This document shows positions 23,538 through 35,240 of a DNA stretch of 64,000 bases, piece by piece. A program made the translations under genes and the position numbers. The notes beneath the pieces are model-generated. The model ran no database searches and was not told the origin of the DNA. It saw only the letters and a program-made list of their open reading frames with translations. Location of the stretch: contig OZ037840.1 in NCBI GenBank assembly GCA_964035575.1, forward strand, positions 682,001-746,000, read 5' to 3'. Each line of letters starts with the position of its first letter. Within the stretch, counting starts at the first letter, position 1. The stretch comes from Rhynchopus sp. YZ270_cl-10 (taxonomy: Eukaryota).

Positions 23538-24493
23538 TAACTGTCATATCCTGAAGTCGTTTTCTATTTTTTGTGATTTTGGCCAAAAAGGCAAAACGGC
23601 GAAACGGCCCTTAGCAATATGCCTGTTTCAAGTTTACATTTTTTCTTCGTCTTTTTTGTTGCCTTTCCCCCAATGTCTCTCTTTCCCCACCCCAATCTAC
23701 ACTTAATTTCGCCGTGCTACACACTTCTCCCATCACTTCAGTACACGCACTCTATGTTTCCCCGCCCCCCCTTTATTACTATTCTCAAACCCGAATCTTT
23801 AGCTCCTGAATCCCCCTGTCTCCCCCCTGTCTCCCCCCTGTTTTTGTCCCCAGACTGCCCCCCTGTTTATGTATGTAGGAGTGCCTTTTGTTTTAAATAA
23901 AAAGTAATTTATTGCTTTTATCTATTCAAAAAAAAAAAAATATTTATTTATTAAAAACCCCTCTCCCCCCTGTCGCCTTTCGGACCCAAGGTGCCCTTTT
24001 GTTTTAAACAAAAAAGAAATTGGTTTGTACTAAGTCTCATTACTAGTAAAAAACCCCCCTCTCGCCTTCCCCATAAATACCATCACCACCACCAGATAAC
24101 AAACGTCCAACAGCCCTACACATTTTTCTCTCCTCTTTCTTTTGTCGTTTTCTTTTTATCGGCGAAACCAGAGTTGTGTGTGTGCACACAAACAGCAGAA
24201 ACAACATAACTCTGTTCAAATGTCGGCATAAAAACCAAACCCCCCCTCCCCCCCTCTCCCCCCCAGCAAAAACAAGAACAAAAATAAAACAAAGTTGAAA
24301 CAAACTTGTTCAAAACTTTTTCAAACCCCTCCCCCTCTCCCCCTCCCCCTTTATTTACACTTCCTTCTCTCTTCCTCTTCTTTTAGCCCCCGATTTTTAA
24401 CCATATTTCTGCGATTTTCTAAATATTCTTCTACTCTTCCCTTCCTTCCCTCCCCCTTTTTTTGTTACTATTTGAGGTTTTGTTTTTTTCCTT

Positions 24494-27400
24494 ATGGATC
24501 GTAGTCGCGCACTTCTCGAGAATGCTGTGCAATATGAATATATGCGATGTGTTGCTGAGAGTGATACCAAGCCCAATGCAGATGTCTACAAATCCCTTCA
24601 AGGCAACGTCTCAAACCTCCTCATCCTCTCGCTTGCTCGGACCTATGTAGGTGACGCAGGGGTGGTCGCTATCACACAGCTCGCCCATCTCATGCCAAAC
24701 CTTCTTGTCCTCGACCTTCGCCACAATGGTGTAAGCAACGCTGCATGCCCGGACCTTTTAATTGGATGCATGCAGGCCCACCGATTAGCGCTTCTCGATG
24801 TCTCAGGAAATCGTCTTATCACCCGCCAAGGGGGGACCGATTTGTTGAAACTCGCTTCACGGCATCCGACCTTGATTAATATCAACACAAACGGATCGCT
24901 TGTCAGCAGATATTATGAATCTCGTATAGAAGGTCACTGCAGTAGACGACGAGCAGCAATCTTTGGAGAAACTGATACACAACACCCTTTATCGACCTTT
25001 AAAAGCAATTGGGAGGCGGTGTTTGGGTCTCAGGATTATACGGATTTTGTGGAGGCGAGGCGGCAAGCGGCGGAGGTAGGTTCCGCCTTTTTGCTGAAAA
25101 AGTATAATGTTCGTTTAGAAGCACGGCGTGAAAATGATGACAGTATATCACCAAAAGGAAGTGTCACGATGGAGAGCTCACCTAACGTTGCTGCCCCCCT
25201 CGCGATTTTAGAAAAACAGGATTCGGTTGGAGATTTTTTTGGCCGAGCTGCGCAGACCGCAAACGGGAGTGACGCGGCTTCAATACCTTGCCCCCCTTCT
25301 GCGGGACCTACACCAGGTTTGGCTCGGAGAGCTGCACGCCCTTTATCATCAAAAAATACGGACACAATAACTACCCTAAAAAACCTTCAGGAGCAGAACG
25401 CAGAAGAGCACGTTGCAGAAAGCCCGCAAAAAGCGCAAAGTGTATCGCAAAGTGCGTCCTCTACGTCGTCCTCCACAAGTAGTACGGAAACTTCGGTTTC
25501 GTCATCAGTAGAACCTCAGAGGCTGGATGAATGTGAGGTAGGAGGGGAAGAAAAACCGGATCTCTTTGACAGCGTGCTCGATGGGGCATCGTTGTTTAAG
25601 CTGATCGCTGCATACACCCCAAAGGAGATAGAGGTTGAGACCCGCTTCAAATATCCAGGAAAACTGCAGTACATCCCTGCTGTCGGTGCGCCCGACCCCT
25701 TTGTCATGCCGGAAAGCCCCGCACCTCTCCCCCCTCAACCGGGGTTGGTTGTGGAGGTTGAGGATTCATGTCCGTTTTGGTCGTTCTTCCATTCGTCCGA
25801 TCCAGATGGGGTAAAGGAACGACGTGCGCGGGCCAACCCGAACGACAATCTCATAGAGTCACAACGTGCCCTTCAAGAAAAAATTCACGAGGCAAATATC
25901 GCACCGCCAGTATCATACCTTCAGGCTCTGTCGGAGCTGGCGCAAAATACGGAAACAGCGAACCCAACAGCAGCGAAGCCAGAGGAGGAGGAAGAGGAAG
26001 GGGAATCGAACAAAAAGGAAGCGGAGGTGGTGCTGTTCAGTCCTCAGCCCCCAGAGGTCCCTGCAGGGGGAGAACGTAATGCTATTATATCAGAAGCGAG
26101 CCCCACTGAGCAACCAGAACCCACAGTACCAGCAGAGCCGTTCAGTCCACCAGAGGGTGTGACCATGGAAGATACAGAGAATAATCAAGAAAAATCAGAT
26201 GACGACACACCGAAAAAAAATACACAGAGAGAGCAGACAGAGGGCGCTGCGGGCGGCAAAGAGATGGTGTGCAGTGCATCGTTGGTGCCGCGTCCCTGGG
26301 CCTTTGGGGATGGCCTGCTGCGTGGGGCGGATTCCCGTTGTTTCAATACAAGCACTGCGATGGCGTTCTACGCTGTCATGGATGAGAGCACCGACCTGGA
26401 CACAAAAGTGCCTTCTGAGATGCCGAGTGTTGCAGATGCAAAGCTGCCGAATGCTGGACAACACGAAGTGTCCAGAGGCAGCACCGCGGAGTCTATGGAG
26501 GGTACCGAGGCAGGGGTGAACACAGAGTGGGGGCTGTCCACGGTGGTGGTGCCCGAGGGTGGTGATGGCTGTGTGATGGACGTAGGGAAGGCGCTGCGTA
26601 CGCATGGTCTCGACATCAACAGCGTGCGGGCGCACCCATCAGGCCTCACGCAGGGTGACTACACAAGCTGGTATGCGCTTGAGAATGTGGTCGATCTACG
26701 CGAAGGTGCGCGGCTGACGAGCGGCAGCCTCAACAAGACAGGGTCGCTCCTGGCAACAGGGAGCTACGATCTCACAGCAAAGGTATTTTGTCTTTTTTTG
26801 TATTTTTGTATTTTGTCTCACCCACCCTTTGCATGAATTCGACTGAGCTGCGTTTTAGCACGTTTCAACTACTCTTTTGCATTTTTTTGTATTGGAGAAC
26901 CCCGTGTCCTGCATCCACCCCAATTTACGGCAAGCCAGTTTGCGCCTTTCAACTCTTTTATTTTTGGTAGGTACTGCCAAGAGTTGTATTTAAAGTCTCA
27001 TCCATTACCACTATGCTGTACGATAACGATTGGTCAACGATGACTTAAACAACCGCTTTTCATATTTTCCCCTTCTTCTTTTAGATCTATTGACCAATAT
27101 TTTTACCCTACAAACCTAGACTTCAAAAAACCCCAAGATCAGCCTTTCTCTCTACACCAACATCTGATAATCAACACAGTTATAAGCATTTTTTGTATAA
27201 CCTCTTGATCCTCTCCTCGATCCACCAATACCAACATAGTTTTCACACAACCCACACCTAACAGGTCTGGAACGCTGAGTCAGGCGACCTGCTCCACACA
27301 CTGCAGGGCCACTCCGGGTACGTCTACGACGTGATATGGAACCTTCCCTTCTGCGACCGCCTCGTGACCGCCAGCTTCGACCGCACCTGCCGGGTCTGGG

Positions 27401-28338
27401 ACGCACACAGCGGCGACAGCCTCTTCACCCTCGTCGGACACGAGCTTGAGGTGGTGTGCGTAGCCATCAACGACGCATCGACTCTCATTGCCTCTGGGTC
27501 GATGGACCAGACGGTCATGGTATGGAACGCACTGACCGGCGTGCAGGTGTCTGTCCTGCAGGACCACACAGCAGAGATTGTGTGCATCGACTTCGCGCCA
27601 TCAAACAAAGGCGTTGCTCTGATTGTCTCCGGCAGTGCCGACGAAACTGTTCGTGTCTGGAACGCCCTTACCGGCGAATGCCTAGACGTCTTCGAAGGCC
27701 ACCACGGTGAGGTCTCCGCCGTCCGTTTCAACTGCTATGGCAACATTGTGTTGTCCTGCTCTGCCGACTGCACCTGCCGTCTCTGGGACGTCCACACCAA
27801 AAAATGCAAAGTCCTGAAAGGACACAGCAAGGACGTCAGCGACTGCGAATTTTCCTCTGATGGATGGCTTGTTGCCTCTGGGTCAGAAGATATGTCTGGA
27901 CGCGTCTGGGATGCACTGTCTGGGGGGTGCATCGCTATGATGAAGGGACATGCTTCTGGTGTATGCTGTGTGTCGTTCAACAACGCGGCAACAGAGTTGT
28001 TGACGGGATCCGCCGATATGCGGTGTCTGAGGTGGCGGGTATCAACAGGGGAATGCATGCAGGCCTTCTCAGGGCACCTCGGGGTAGTGATCTCATCATT
28101 CAGTACCGACAACTCAACGATCCTAACCATCTCCAAGGACAACACCTGCCGCATCCTCCGCAAGGCAAAACCCAACTCTTCCCTCCTCCATTACTCCCTC
28201 CGGCATGTCTGCCTCCACCCAAAGCTCCGTGCTGCGTTCAAAAGGGACAGACGCGTACCACTCTCTCTGCGACTCAAGCTTGACGCCATGGAACAGACAT
28301 ATCTTGTTTCTGGTCCTAATTTGGCGGAGATGCATTGA
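24494..28338 (+). CDS. Two-exon gene (24494-26782, 27265-28338; ~1120 aa): N-terminal LRR domain, disordered linker with IFT46-like segment, C-terminal DAW1/ODA16(WDR69)-like WD40 propeller
   Basis: AAG|GTATTT...CTAACAG|GTC joins ATGSYDLTAK to VWNAESG in frame. The WD repeats LNKTGSLLATGSYD, VYDVIWNLPFCDRLVTASFDRTC, IASGSMD and HTAEIVC match DAW1 motifs as recalled. Confidence 0.88.
26783..27264 (+). other. GT-AG intron, 482 nt, phase 0
   Basis: Restores a WD40 repeat; C/A-rich 3' end with CTAAC next to the AG. Confidence 0.9.
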
Positions 28339-29014
28339 GAAGGAAGAAGAAATAGGCTTCGGATTGGGGTTGGAGGGGGTGTTGTTAGTGTTGAAATTTA
28401 TTTTGAAATGTGCGTATGGTTAGGCTGGGCTGGTTCAAATTTTTCAAAGTTTTTTTTTTCTATTTGAGTGGATTATACCTATGCTCTCAATGTATTGAGT
28501 GTATCTGTTGAAATGATATTTGATGTGTGAAGGGAAATCGCGATGCTGTTAGATGTGAAAGTTGCCTTTTTTTTTGTGGGTAAGGCGTTTTTGCACCCTT
28601 TTTATTTATTTATTGACCCATCTGTTTTGTTAACAGGCCTTGCAGTAAGGCCGCCAACCCTCCCTTCTCCCTCACACCACTCTTGCCAAACGTAAGCCAG
28701 CTTCTTTTGGGTACTGTTGGCCTGCGCCTGAAATAACTTCAAAATAATGAAAAGGAAAAAGAAATTGGTTTGGACAACGTTTTTCCACATCACATTTTAG
28801 GAGCGTCAGTTTTTTTTTCTTTCTACGCGGCGACACAGACAGGGATGCCACATTTTTCGACGAAGGCCAGAGATGTTTCCCCCTTGAATGCTGTACTGTC
28901 GTCTTTTTTTTCTTTTGACACACATTGCACATTGCACACTTCAGGACTTACACTATGAAAACAGGTGGTGAAACAGTGGTGTAGTGTCATATATCGTTTG
29001 CCCAAGAGAGGACG

Positions 29015-31114
29015 ATGCCGTGGCTCGAGGGCGTGCTGTCGTTGGATGGAACGCTGGACAAGAAGGCGCGCAAGAAGCGGGCGATGTTCCTGTTGTTCTG
29101 TGTGTGCGCGGCGTTCTGCGTGATGGCGTTGTTCAGCTACGTGGGGCAGGGCGTCTCCGAACGGGTTGTTGCTGCAACCTCTGTACTCTCGGTGCTGGGA
29201 ATAGCCTTGTGCGCAACTGTACGTATTCTGTTTAAATGTCCACTGACGGAGGGGTTCGTTCTTTTTACAGGTGGCACCCTGATGTTCTTCTTGATTGGCA
29301 TGGACCTCTCTGCCAGAACAACAGGGAACACGACGTGGCCGCTGCTTGTGCTTGCCGTTGACTTCCTGCTGGTGATGCAGGTGCAGGATCGTTATGTGTC
29401 CTGGATGGTAGGGGCCACGTTGTGCTACCTCTTGCTTATGGCTGTGGAAGAGACACTCAGGTTTGGGTTGCTTGACCTGCCTGGTTTGGTGCCGCAGCAT
29501 GGTGCGCTGGGTAGGTGGAAGAAAATGGAAGTAATGACAGACTGTGCTTCGCTGCCATGTGCCATGCCTGCTGAAATGAGTTTACGGATATTGTTGGTCT
29601 CCACCGCCGTCTTTGTCATCGACTTTATTACAACCAGAGGCTTCGCTCGCACCATCCTGAAGGAGCAGGCAACAATGCAGAGGACGATTAACGTGGTGCA
29701 GGAGATTGCGGGTTTGCTCGCAAGGTACGACGTGGAGGGTGTGGCGGAGATGCTGAAGGTGCAAAGGGACGAGCTCCCAGAGGAGATGCACGCAACACTG
29801 CAGAGGATGGAGGAGAACCTGCGGAAGTACCGTCCCTACCTCCCCGCAGCGCTGTTTGAGGAGGAGGGTGGTGCGCCAAGCGCGTCTGTGCCGCCACCTG
29901 TGCTTGAGAACGACGTGGGCACGATTGTCTTTACAGACATCCGTTCGTCGACGTCGATCTGGGAGTGTGCGCCAGAAGGGATGTGTGCTGGGCTGAAGAT
30001 CCACAACGCTGTGATGCGTGAGGTGATGCAGGTGTTTGGTGGGTACGAAGTGAAGACAATCGGCGACGCCTTCATGGTTGCCTTCGCAACAACAGCTGAC
30101 GGTGTGAACTTTGGCCTGAAGGTGCAGGAACGTCTTCGTGAAGCAAACTGGCCTGCGTCGCTGCTTGAGGAGGCACCGATCTGTGCTGAACAGGGACCAC
30201 TTTGGGGTGGACTGACTGTGCGTATTGGTGTCAACACCGGCCCTGTGACTGTGGAGCAGAACACACTGACGGGACGGACGGACTACTTCGGACACACGGT
30301 AAACGTTGCGTCACGTCTTGAGAGCACATGCACACCAGGAGCTGTAGCTGTGCCTTGCGACCTGTGGACTTCTGCCTGTGGGTCGTGCACTGCTGTTGCT
30401 GGTGAGGCGGAAACGCTTAGCCTGAAGGGTGTGTTGCAGTCGATGTTTGTGCGTTGCTTGTGGCCTGTTTCCCTTGCAGGGCGAGCGTACAGCCCCCTAG
30501 CCGACACAGAGGAGGCCATCCTACTCGGGACCACAGAGACTGCAATGTCATCCGCGACAGGCTCGATGTCGTGCTCTTCAGAAGGATCGTTCGTGTTCGG
30601 ACCACAACTGGGTCGTCAGGTGACCGGCACTGTCGGTGTTGTGGACATTGAAGTGGGTGACGAATCTGCCCTGAAAGCACTGCACACAATGAACGCAGGA
30701 CTTGCAACACTCACAATTGCACTGGACCAGAGCGGTGGGAGCCTGGTGACACTGCTTGGGAGCTGTGTGTGCGTTGGGTGGAACGTGACCCGTTCGGCAC
30801 CTGCACACATGGAGAACGCAGTGCGGTTTGCACAACGGATGATGGCGAAGACTGCGTACTTCAAGGGTGCTGGCGTTGTGAGTGGTCCTGTGCAGCACGG
30901 GGACATTGGCAGCCACAAACAACGCTTTGTGACAGTGTTGGGGCGCATTGTGCGACGGAGCTGGACGCTGTGTGAAGAAGCTGTGCGTGAGGGGGGCACA
31001 TGCCTTTACGAACCCGACAGCACAACACTGCCGTCTGCACTTGGACACCCCCTCGCACAACACAAAGGTGGTGGCTACAGAGTGGTTTGCGACAGCAGGG
31101 ACACAGTGGAGTAA
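29015..31114 (+). CDS. Multi-pass membrane class III adenylate cyclase (intact catalytic domain + degenerate second cyclase-like domain)
   Basis: About 5-6 hydrophobic segments, then TIVFTDIRSST, YEVKTIGDAFM, VRIGVNTG and DYFGHTVNVASRLES (metal Asp pair, ATP-specifying Lys/Asp, Asn/Arg). Confidence 0.92.
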   Translation: MPWLEGVLSLDGTLDKKARKKRAMFLLFCVCAAFCVMALFSYVGQGVSERVVAATSVLSVLGIALCATVRILFKCPLTEGFVLFTGGTLMFFLIGMDLSARTTGNTTWPLLVLAVDFLLVMQVQDRYVSWMVGATLCYLLLMAVEETLRFGLLDLPGLVPQHGALGRWKKMEVMTDCASLPCAMPAEMSLRILLVSTAVFVIDFITTRGFARTILKEQATMQRTINVVQEIAGLLARYDVEGVAEMLKVQRDELPEEMHATLQRMEENLRKYRPYLPAALFEEEGGAPSASVPPPVLENDVGTIVFTDIRSSTSIWECAPEGMCAGLKIHNAVMREVMQVFGGYEVKTIGDAFMVAFATTADGVNFGLKVQERLREANWPASLLEEAPICAEQGPLWGGLTVRIGVNTGPVTVEQNTLTGRTDYFGHTVNVASRLESTCTPGAVAVPCDLWTSACGSCTAVAGEAETLSLKGVLQSMFVRCLWPVSLAGRAYSPLADTEEAILLGTTETAMSSATGSMSCSSEGSFVFGPQLGRQVTGTVGVVDIEVGDESALKALHTMNAGLATLTIALDQSGGSLVTLLGSCVCVGWNVTRSAPAHMENAVRFAQRMMAKTAYFKGAGVVSGPVQHGDIGSHKQRFVTVLGRIVRRSWTLCEEAVREGGTCLYEPDSTTLPSALGHPLAQHKGGGYRVVCDSRDTVE

Positions 31115-31483
31115 CTACATGCTTCGAACAGTTTCAAGCACTAGCTCAACACAGGAGGGTCTGAGTACGGCTTTTTTATTTTTCCAAACCCCCAAAAGAC
31201 CCGAAGACCCCGCGTCTTTATCGGTGAGAGGTGGGAAGGATTCAGTAAGACTCCTACATAGAAGAAGACTTCAATACAGACTACTGCATCGCACCCAAAG
31301 GAAAACAACAACTACAGGCACACATGTCCAGACATCACCACTCTAGTACATTCAATCACAAAAAAAGAACCCTCCCATACTTCCGTGTGGCAAAATGAAC
31401 AAAAGAAACCATCTTTTGCATCTTGTGTCTCTCTCTATTTTCCACCCACAAACCCCTCACACTCACAGCAAGAGAGCTAGACA

Positions 31484-33592
31484 ATGAGGTACCCCCACTG
31501 CATCGCCGATGCGTTGACCATGGGCGGGACACTTGGCAAGAAGGAGCGTCGAAAGCGGGCGCTGTTTTTGTCCATCAACGTGGCCACCTTCGTTTGCGGG
31601 CTGTTTTATTTTCTGTACAGTCTGAAGCTAGGGGTGTTGGAACCGGTGCTTGTTGCTGTGTACGTGTTGGTGCTGACAGCGTCGCTGATTGGGATCGTCA
31701 TTGTCCTCCTCCGTCAGCATCTGACGACTACGGTGGTGTGTGCTGTGGTTGCCTTCTACGTTCTCGGTCTTCTTTTGGGAGATCTGTACTTCCGTGCCTT
31801 CGGGCGTCTGATGTGGCCTATTCTGGTGCTAACAGTTGACTATCTCTTAGTTATGCAGGTACCTACGCGATACTCGGCGGGGCTAGTATGTCTGACGTGC
31901 TGTTGGTTGCTTCTCATGTTCCTGGAGGGAGAGTTCAGGTTTGGTTTGTTTGACCTTCCCGGGACGTCACCGCAAAGTGGTGAGCACGGAAGGAGGGAGT
32001 ACTACGAGAAGCAGCTCGACTGTGAAACCCTGCCATGTGCCGCAGGCCAGTCAGGCACCTTCGGTGTGGCGATCAGTGTGTTCATCATAGATTTTGTCGC
32101 AACGAGAGGGTTTGCACGTGATATTCTCAAGGAGCAGGCAACAATGCAGAGGACGATTAACGTAGTGCAGGAGATTGCGAGTCTGCTCGCCAAGTACGAT
32201 GTGGAGGGTGTGGCGGAGATGCTGAAGGTGCAAAGGGACGAGCTCCCAGAGGAGATGCACGCAACACTGCAGAGGATGGAGGAGAACCTGCGGAAGTACC
32301 GTCCCTACCTCCCCGCAGCGCTGTTTGAGGAGGAGGGTGGTGCGCCAAGCGCGTCTGTGCCGCCACCTGTGCTTGTGAACGACGTGGGCACGATTGTCTT
32401 TACAGACATCCGTTCGTCGACGTCGATCTGGGAGTGTGCGCCAGAAGGGATGCGTGCTGGGCTGAAGATCCACAATGCTGTGCTGCGTGAGGTGATGCAG
32501 GTGTTTGGTGGGTACGAAGTGAAGACAATCGGCGACGCCTTCATGGTTGCCTTCGCAACAACAGCTGACGGTGTGCACTTTGGCCTGAAGGTGCAGGAAC
32601 GTCTTCGTGAAGCAAACTGGCCTGCGTCGCTGCTTGAGGAGGCACCGATCTGTGCTGAACAGGGACCACTTTGGGGTGGACTGACTGTGCGCATTGGTGT
32701 GAACAGTGGTCCTGTGACTGTGGAGCAGTGCTCTCTGACGGGACGGACAGACTACTTCGGACACACTGTGAACGTTGCGTCACGCCTTGAGAGCACATGC
32801 ACGCCAGGAGCTGTGGCTGTGCCTTGTGACCTGTGGACTTCTGCCTGTGGGTCGTGCAGTGCTTTTGTTGGTGAAGCAGAGTCACTTAGCCTGAAGGGTG
32901 TGAGCGAGATGTTGTTTGTGCGCTGCGTGTGGCCTGTTTCCCTGGGCAAGCGGAAGAGGAACCCACTTCGTGAACTTGCGTATTCGGATAAGAAGTTTTT
33001 TGGTGCGAGGAGTCTTCGTCACTCTGCTGCCCCGAGTGCATCGTCACTTGGATCCGACACCTCGGTGCGCGGTGCTCCGACCCTGCGCTTCTTGGAGTCA
33101 GCAACCGTAGGCATCATCGCGCTGAATGTGGGAGAGGAGCGAGGCTCTGCACTGCCCCTTGCCACTGTGAGCTCAAGTCTTTCAACGCTGACAGTGGCGC
33201 TGGACCAGAGCGGCGGGATGCTGGTGACACTGCTTGGGAGCTCTGTCTGTGTCGGGTGGAACCTTGCCCGCTCTGCGCCGTCACACATGGAGAACGCAAT
33301 CCGGTTTGCACAACGCATCTTGGCGACAACAACTCTACGTGGGGCTGGGCTTGTGAGCGGCCCTGTGCAGCACGGGGATGTGGGTGCACGGCAGCAACGC
33401 TTTGTGACAGTCATGGGAAGGACTGTGCGTCGGAGCTGGGTGCTGTGCGAGGAGGCGATGGCAGGTGACGGGGGTGTGTGCCTGTTCGAGCCGCCTGAGG
33501 GGACTGTCCTGCCTTCTTCGCTTGACCATGTTCTTGTCGAGCAGCAGGGAGGCCCGTGTACAGTGTACAAGGTTAATTTGGTCGAGGACTAA
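31484..33592 (+). CDS. Multi-pass membrane adenylate cyclase, paralog 2
   Basis: Same catalytic motifs; divergent TM region and C-terminus. Confidence 0.92.
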   Translation: MRYPHCIADALTMGGTLGKKERRKRALFLSINVATFVCGLFYFLYSLKLGVLEPVLVAVYVLVLTASLIGIVIVLLRQHLTTTVVCAVVAFYVLGLLLGDLYFRAFGRLMWPILVLTVDYLLVMQVPTRYSAGLVCLTCCWLLLMFLEGEFRFGLFDLPGTSPQSGEHGRREYYEKQLDCETLPCAAGQSGTFGVAISVFIIDFVATRGFARDILKEQATMQRTINVVQEIASLLAKYDVEGVAEMLKVQRDELPEEMHATLQRMEENLRKYRPYLPAALFEEEGGAPSASVPPPVLVNDVGTIVFTDIRSSTSIWECAPEGMRAGLKIHNAVLREVMQVFGGYEVKTIGDAFMVAFATTADGVHFGLKVQERLREANWPASLLEEAPICAEQGPLWGGLTVRIGVNSGPVTVEQCSLTGRTDYFGHTVNVASRLESTCTPGAVAVPCDLWTSACGSCSAFVGEAESLSLKGVSEMLFVRCVWPVSLGKRKRNPLRELAYSDKKFFGARSLRHSAAPSASSLGSDTSVRGAPTLRFLESATVGIIALNVGEERGSALPLATVSSSLSTLTVALDQSGGMLVTLLGSSVCVGWNLARSAPSHMENAIRFAQRILATTTLRGAGLVSGPVQHGDVGARQQRFVTVMGRTVRRSWVLCEEAMAGDGGVCLFEPPEGTVLPSSLDHVLVEQQGGPCTVYKVNLVED

Positions 33593-34218
33593 CTGTAGGT
33601 TTCTCCTGCACACAATGCCAAGGTGTGCTCAGCATGTTGCTTCGGATCATCCCACTTCCCACCTTTCTTTTCCGTTCCCCCTTTCCCCCTTTCCCCTTCC
33701 CCCTTTTCTTTTCCTTTTCTGAGTTTTTGTGCTCGTGTACTTGCCGTAATAGGTGCAGTGATCACTATCTGTAAGGCTCTCTTGTGTCATACTTTTTATC
33801 ACTCCCCACCCCCCCACTCCCCACCCCCCCACTCCCATCCCCCCCACTTTCTTTCAGTGCGTGCTCCCTTTTTCATCATCCTCTTTTGACCACACACGAC
33901 TGCGTTTCTACTAGAGACGCAGATGTACTGTAGCTCAGATAGCTCTCTGTTCCAGATTGCACAGTGCCTCATAGCGCTCTCACAAGGGTGCTCTGCAAGA
34001 GCTGGCCCTACCTGGAGACATGTGGTAACGTAGCCAGGGCAATGTGGTGTGTTTACCGTGGTAAATACGCGTTGTGTCATGCCATTGTGCGAATGAACCG
34101 CGTTCGATTTTCTGTTTTTTTTTTTTCGGATGCGGGTTTAGCGGTGTTCTTCGTGTTCTGCGTCTGCCGTCCGGTGAGGCGTTTGCACTCTTCAACTTAC
34201 AATAGGGAACATTTTTAA

Positions 34219-34262
34219 GGTGACTAAGCACGAGAGGCTTAGGATCATCTTATAAACTTTTC
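34219..34262 (+). repeat. Dispersed hairpin module C (~45 nt)
   Basis: GRTGACTAAGC-loop-GCTTAGGATCATCTTATAAA; also at ~4787, 4926, 17814, 34364 and 36409. Confidence 0.85.
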
Positions 34263-34497
34263 TTTTTATTGATCCCTCCATATTATCAATTTATTGATTG
34301 CATCATATTATGGTGAAATACTTTTTTTTTTGCAGAAATTGAACGCAAACGAACCCCCCTTATGTGACTAAGCACTGCGGGGCTTAGGATTATCTTTTAC
34401 CAAAACTCTTTTTATTTTTCTTATTTGTCGGAAGCAAAAGAGAAAGAACAAAACAATGTGTTTTTCAACAGGGGCTATACCCCCTTTTTTTTTTTTA

Positions 34498-34573
34498 GGG
34501 GAAACGACAATGTGGATTATTAATCCGGATTGTCGTAATCCACATTTTTAGAGTCCACATTGTCGTTTCCCCC
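34498..34573. mobile_element. ~75-bp mini inverted-repeat element
   Basis: GGGGAAACGACAATGTGGA...TCCACATTGTCGTTTCCCC in a T-rich site. Confidence 0.6.
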
Positions 34574-35051
34574 TTTTTTTAACTCAGCCTAAAAGGCGAT
34601 CCTGTGTTAATACAGAAAGTATCAGGGTGGAAGCGTACTACTAACAAACTCTCCCCCTTGTTGCGTTTCCCGTTTTTCCTGTGGGTGAAGATCGCTATGG
34701 ACACCTGTAGTATTTTTCTTCTTTTTTACCCCCCTCTCTCGCATGTTTTTCTTGTCCTCAACCAAGCATGTCCTTAAATCGGGGAAAAATCAGGGATTTT
34801 CTGGTTTTCAAATCGCAAAATTTTCTTATAGAAAAAAAAATTTTCGCGCTGCGCGCGAAAATTTTTCACGCACAACTGGAGAAGATATTATTTTTGCTGT
34901 TGTAGGGCCGCAGTGCGGGTGGTCACATTTTTCTCTTCCCCCACCCCAGTGTCTTATCCAGGAATCCAGATTTCAAGGGGGTCAGCTTGTTTTGTTGCCC
35001 AATATTATTTCCAGCGCTGCTGACGAGGGAACATTGGGAACTGTGTATAAA

Positions 35052-35240
35052 ATGGCGCCGCAGGCGAAAAAAAATTTGGAGCGGGGTGTAAAAATCTAGC
35101 TTTTTACGCCACAGAGACTCAACGAACCCTTTTTTGTGGAGCAAAAAAGGGAAAATGGCGCCGCAGGCAAAAAATTTTTAGGGTACAGCTTTCATGGTGC
35201 GGTCAGCAACCCAGTTCCCCAGAGAACTCCCGTGGTTCAA
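35052..35240 (+). repeat. Dispersed ~190-bp repeat (GGCGCCGCAGGC family), at least six copies in both orientations
   Basis: ATGGCGCCGCAGGCGAAAAA...GGTGTAAAA..CTAG...CTCAACGAACCCTTTT..GGAGCAAAAA...CCGTGGTTCAACC. Other copies: ~35685-35830(-), ~37405-37590(+), ~43815-43992(-), ~44877-45068(+), ~57491-57688(+). Confidence 0.85.
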
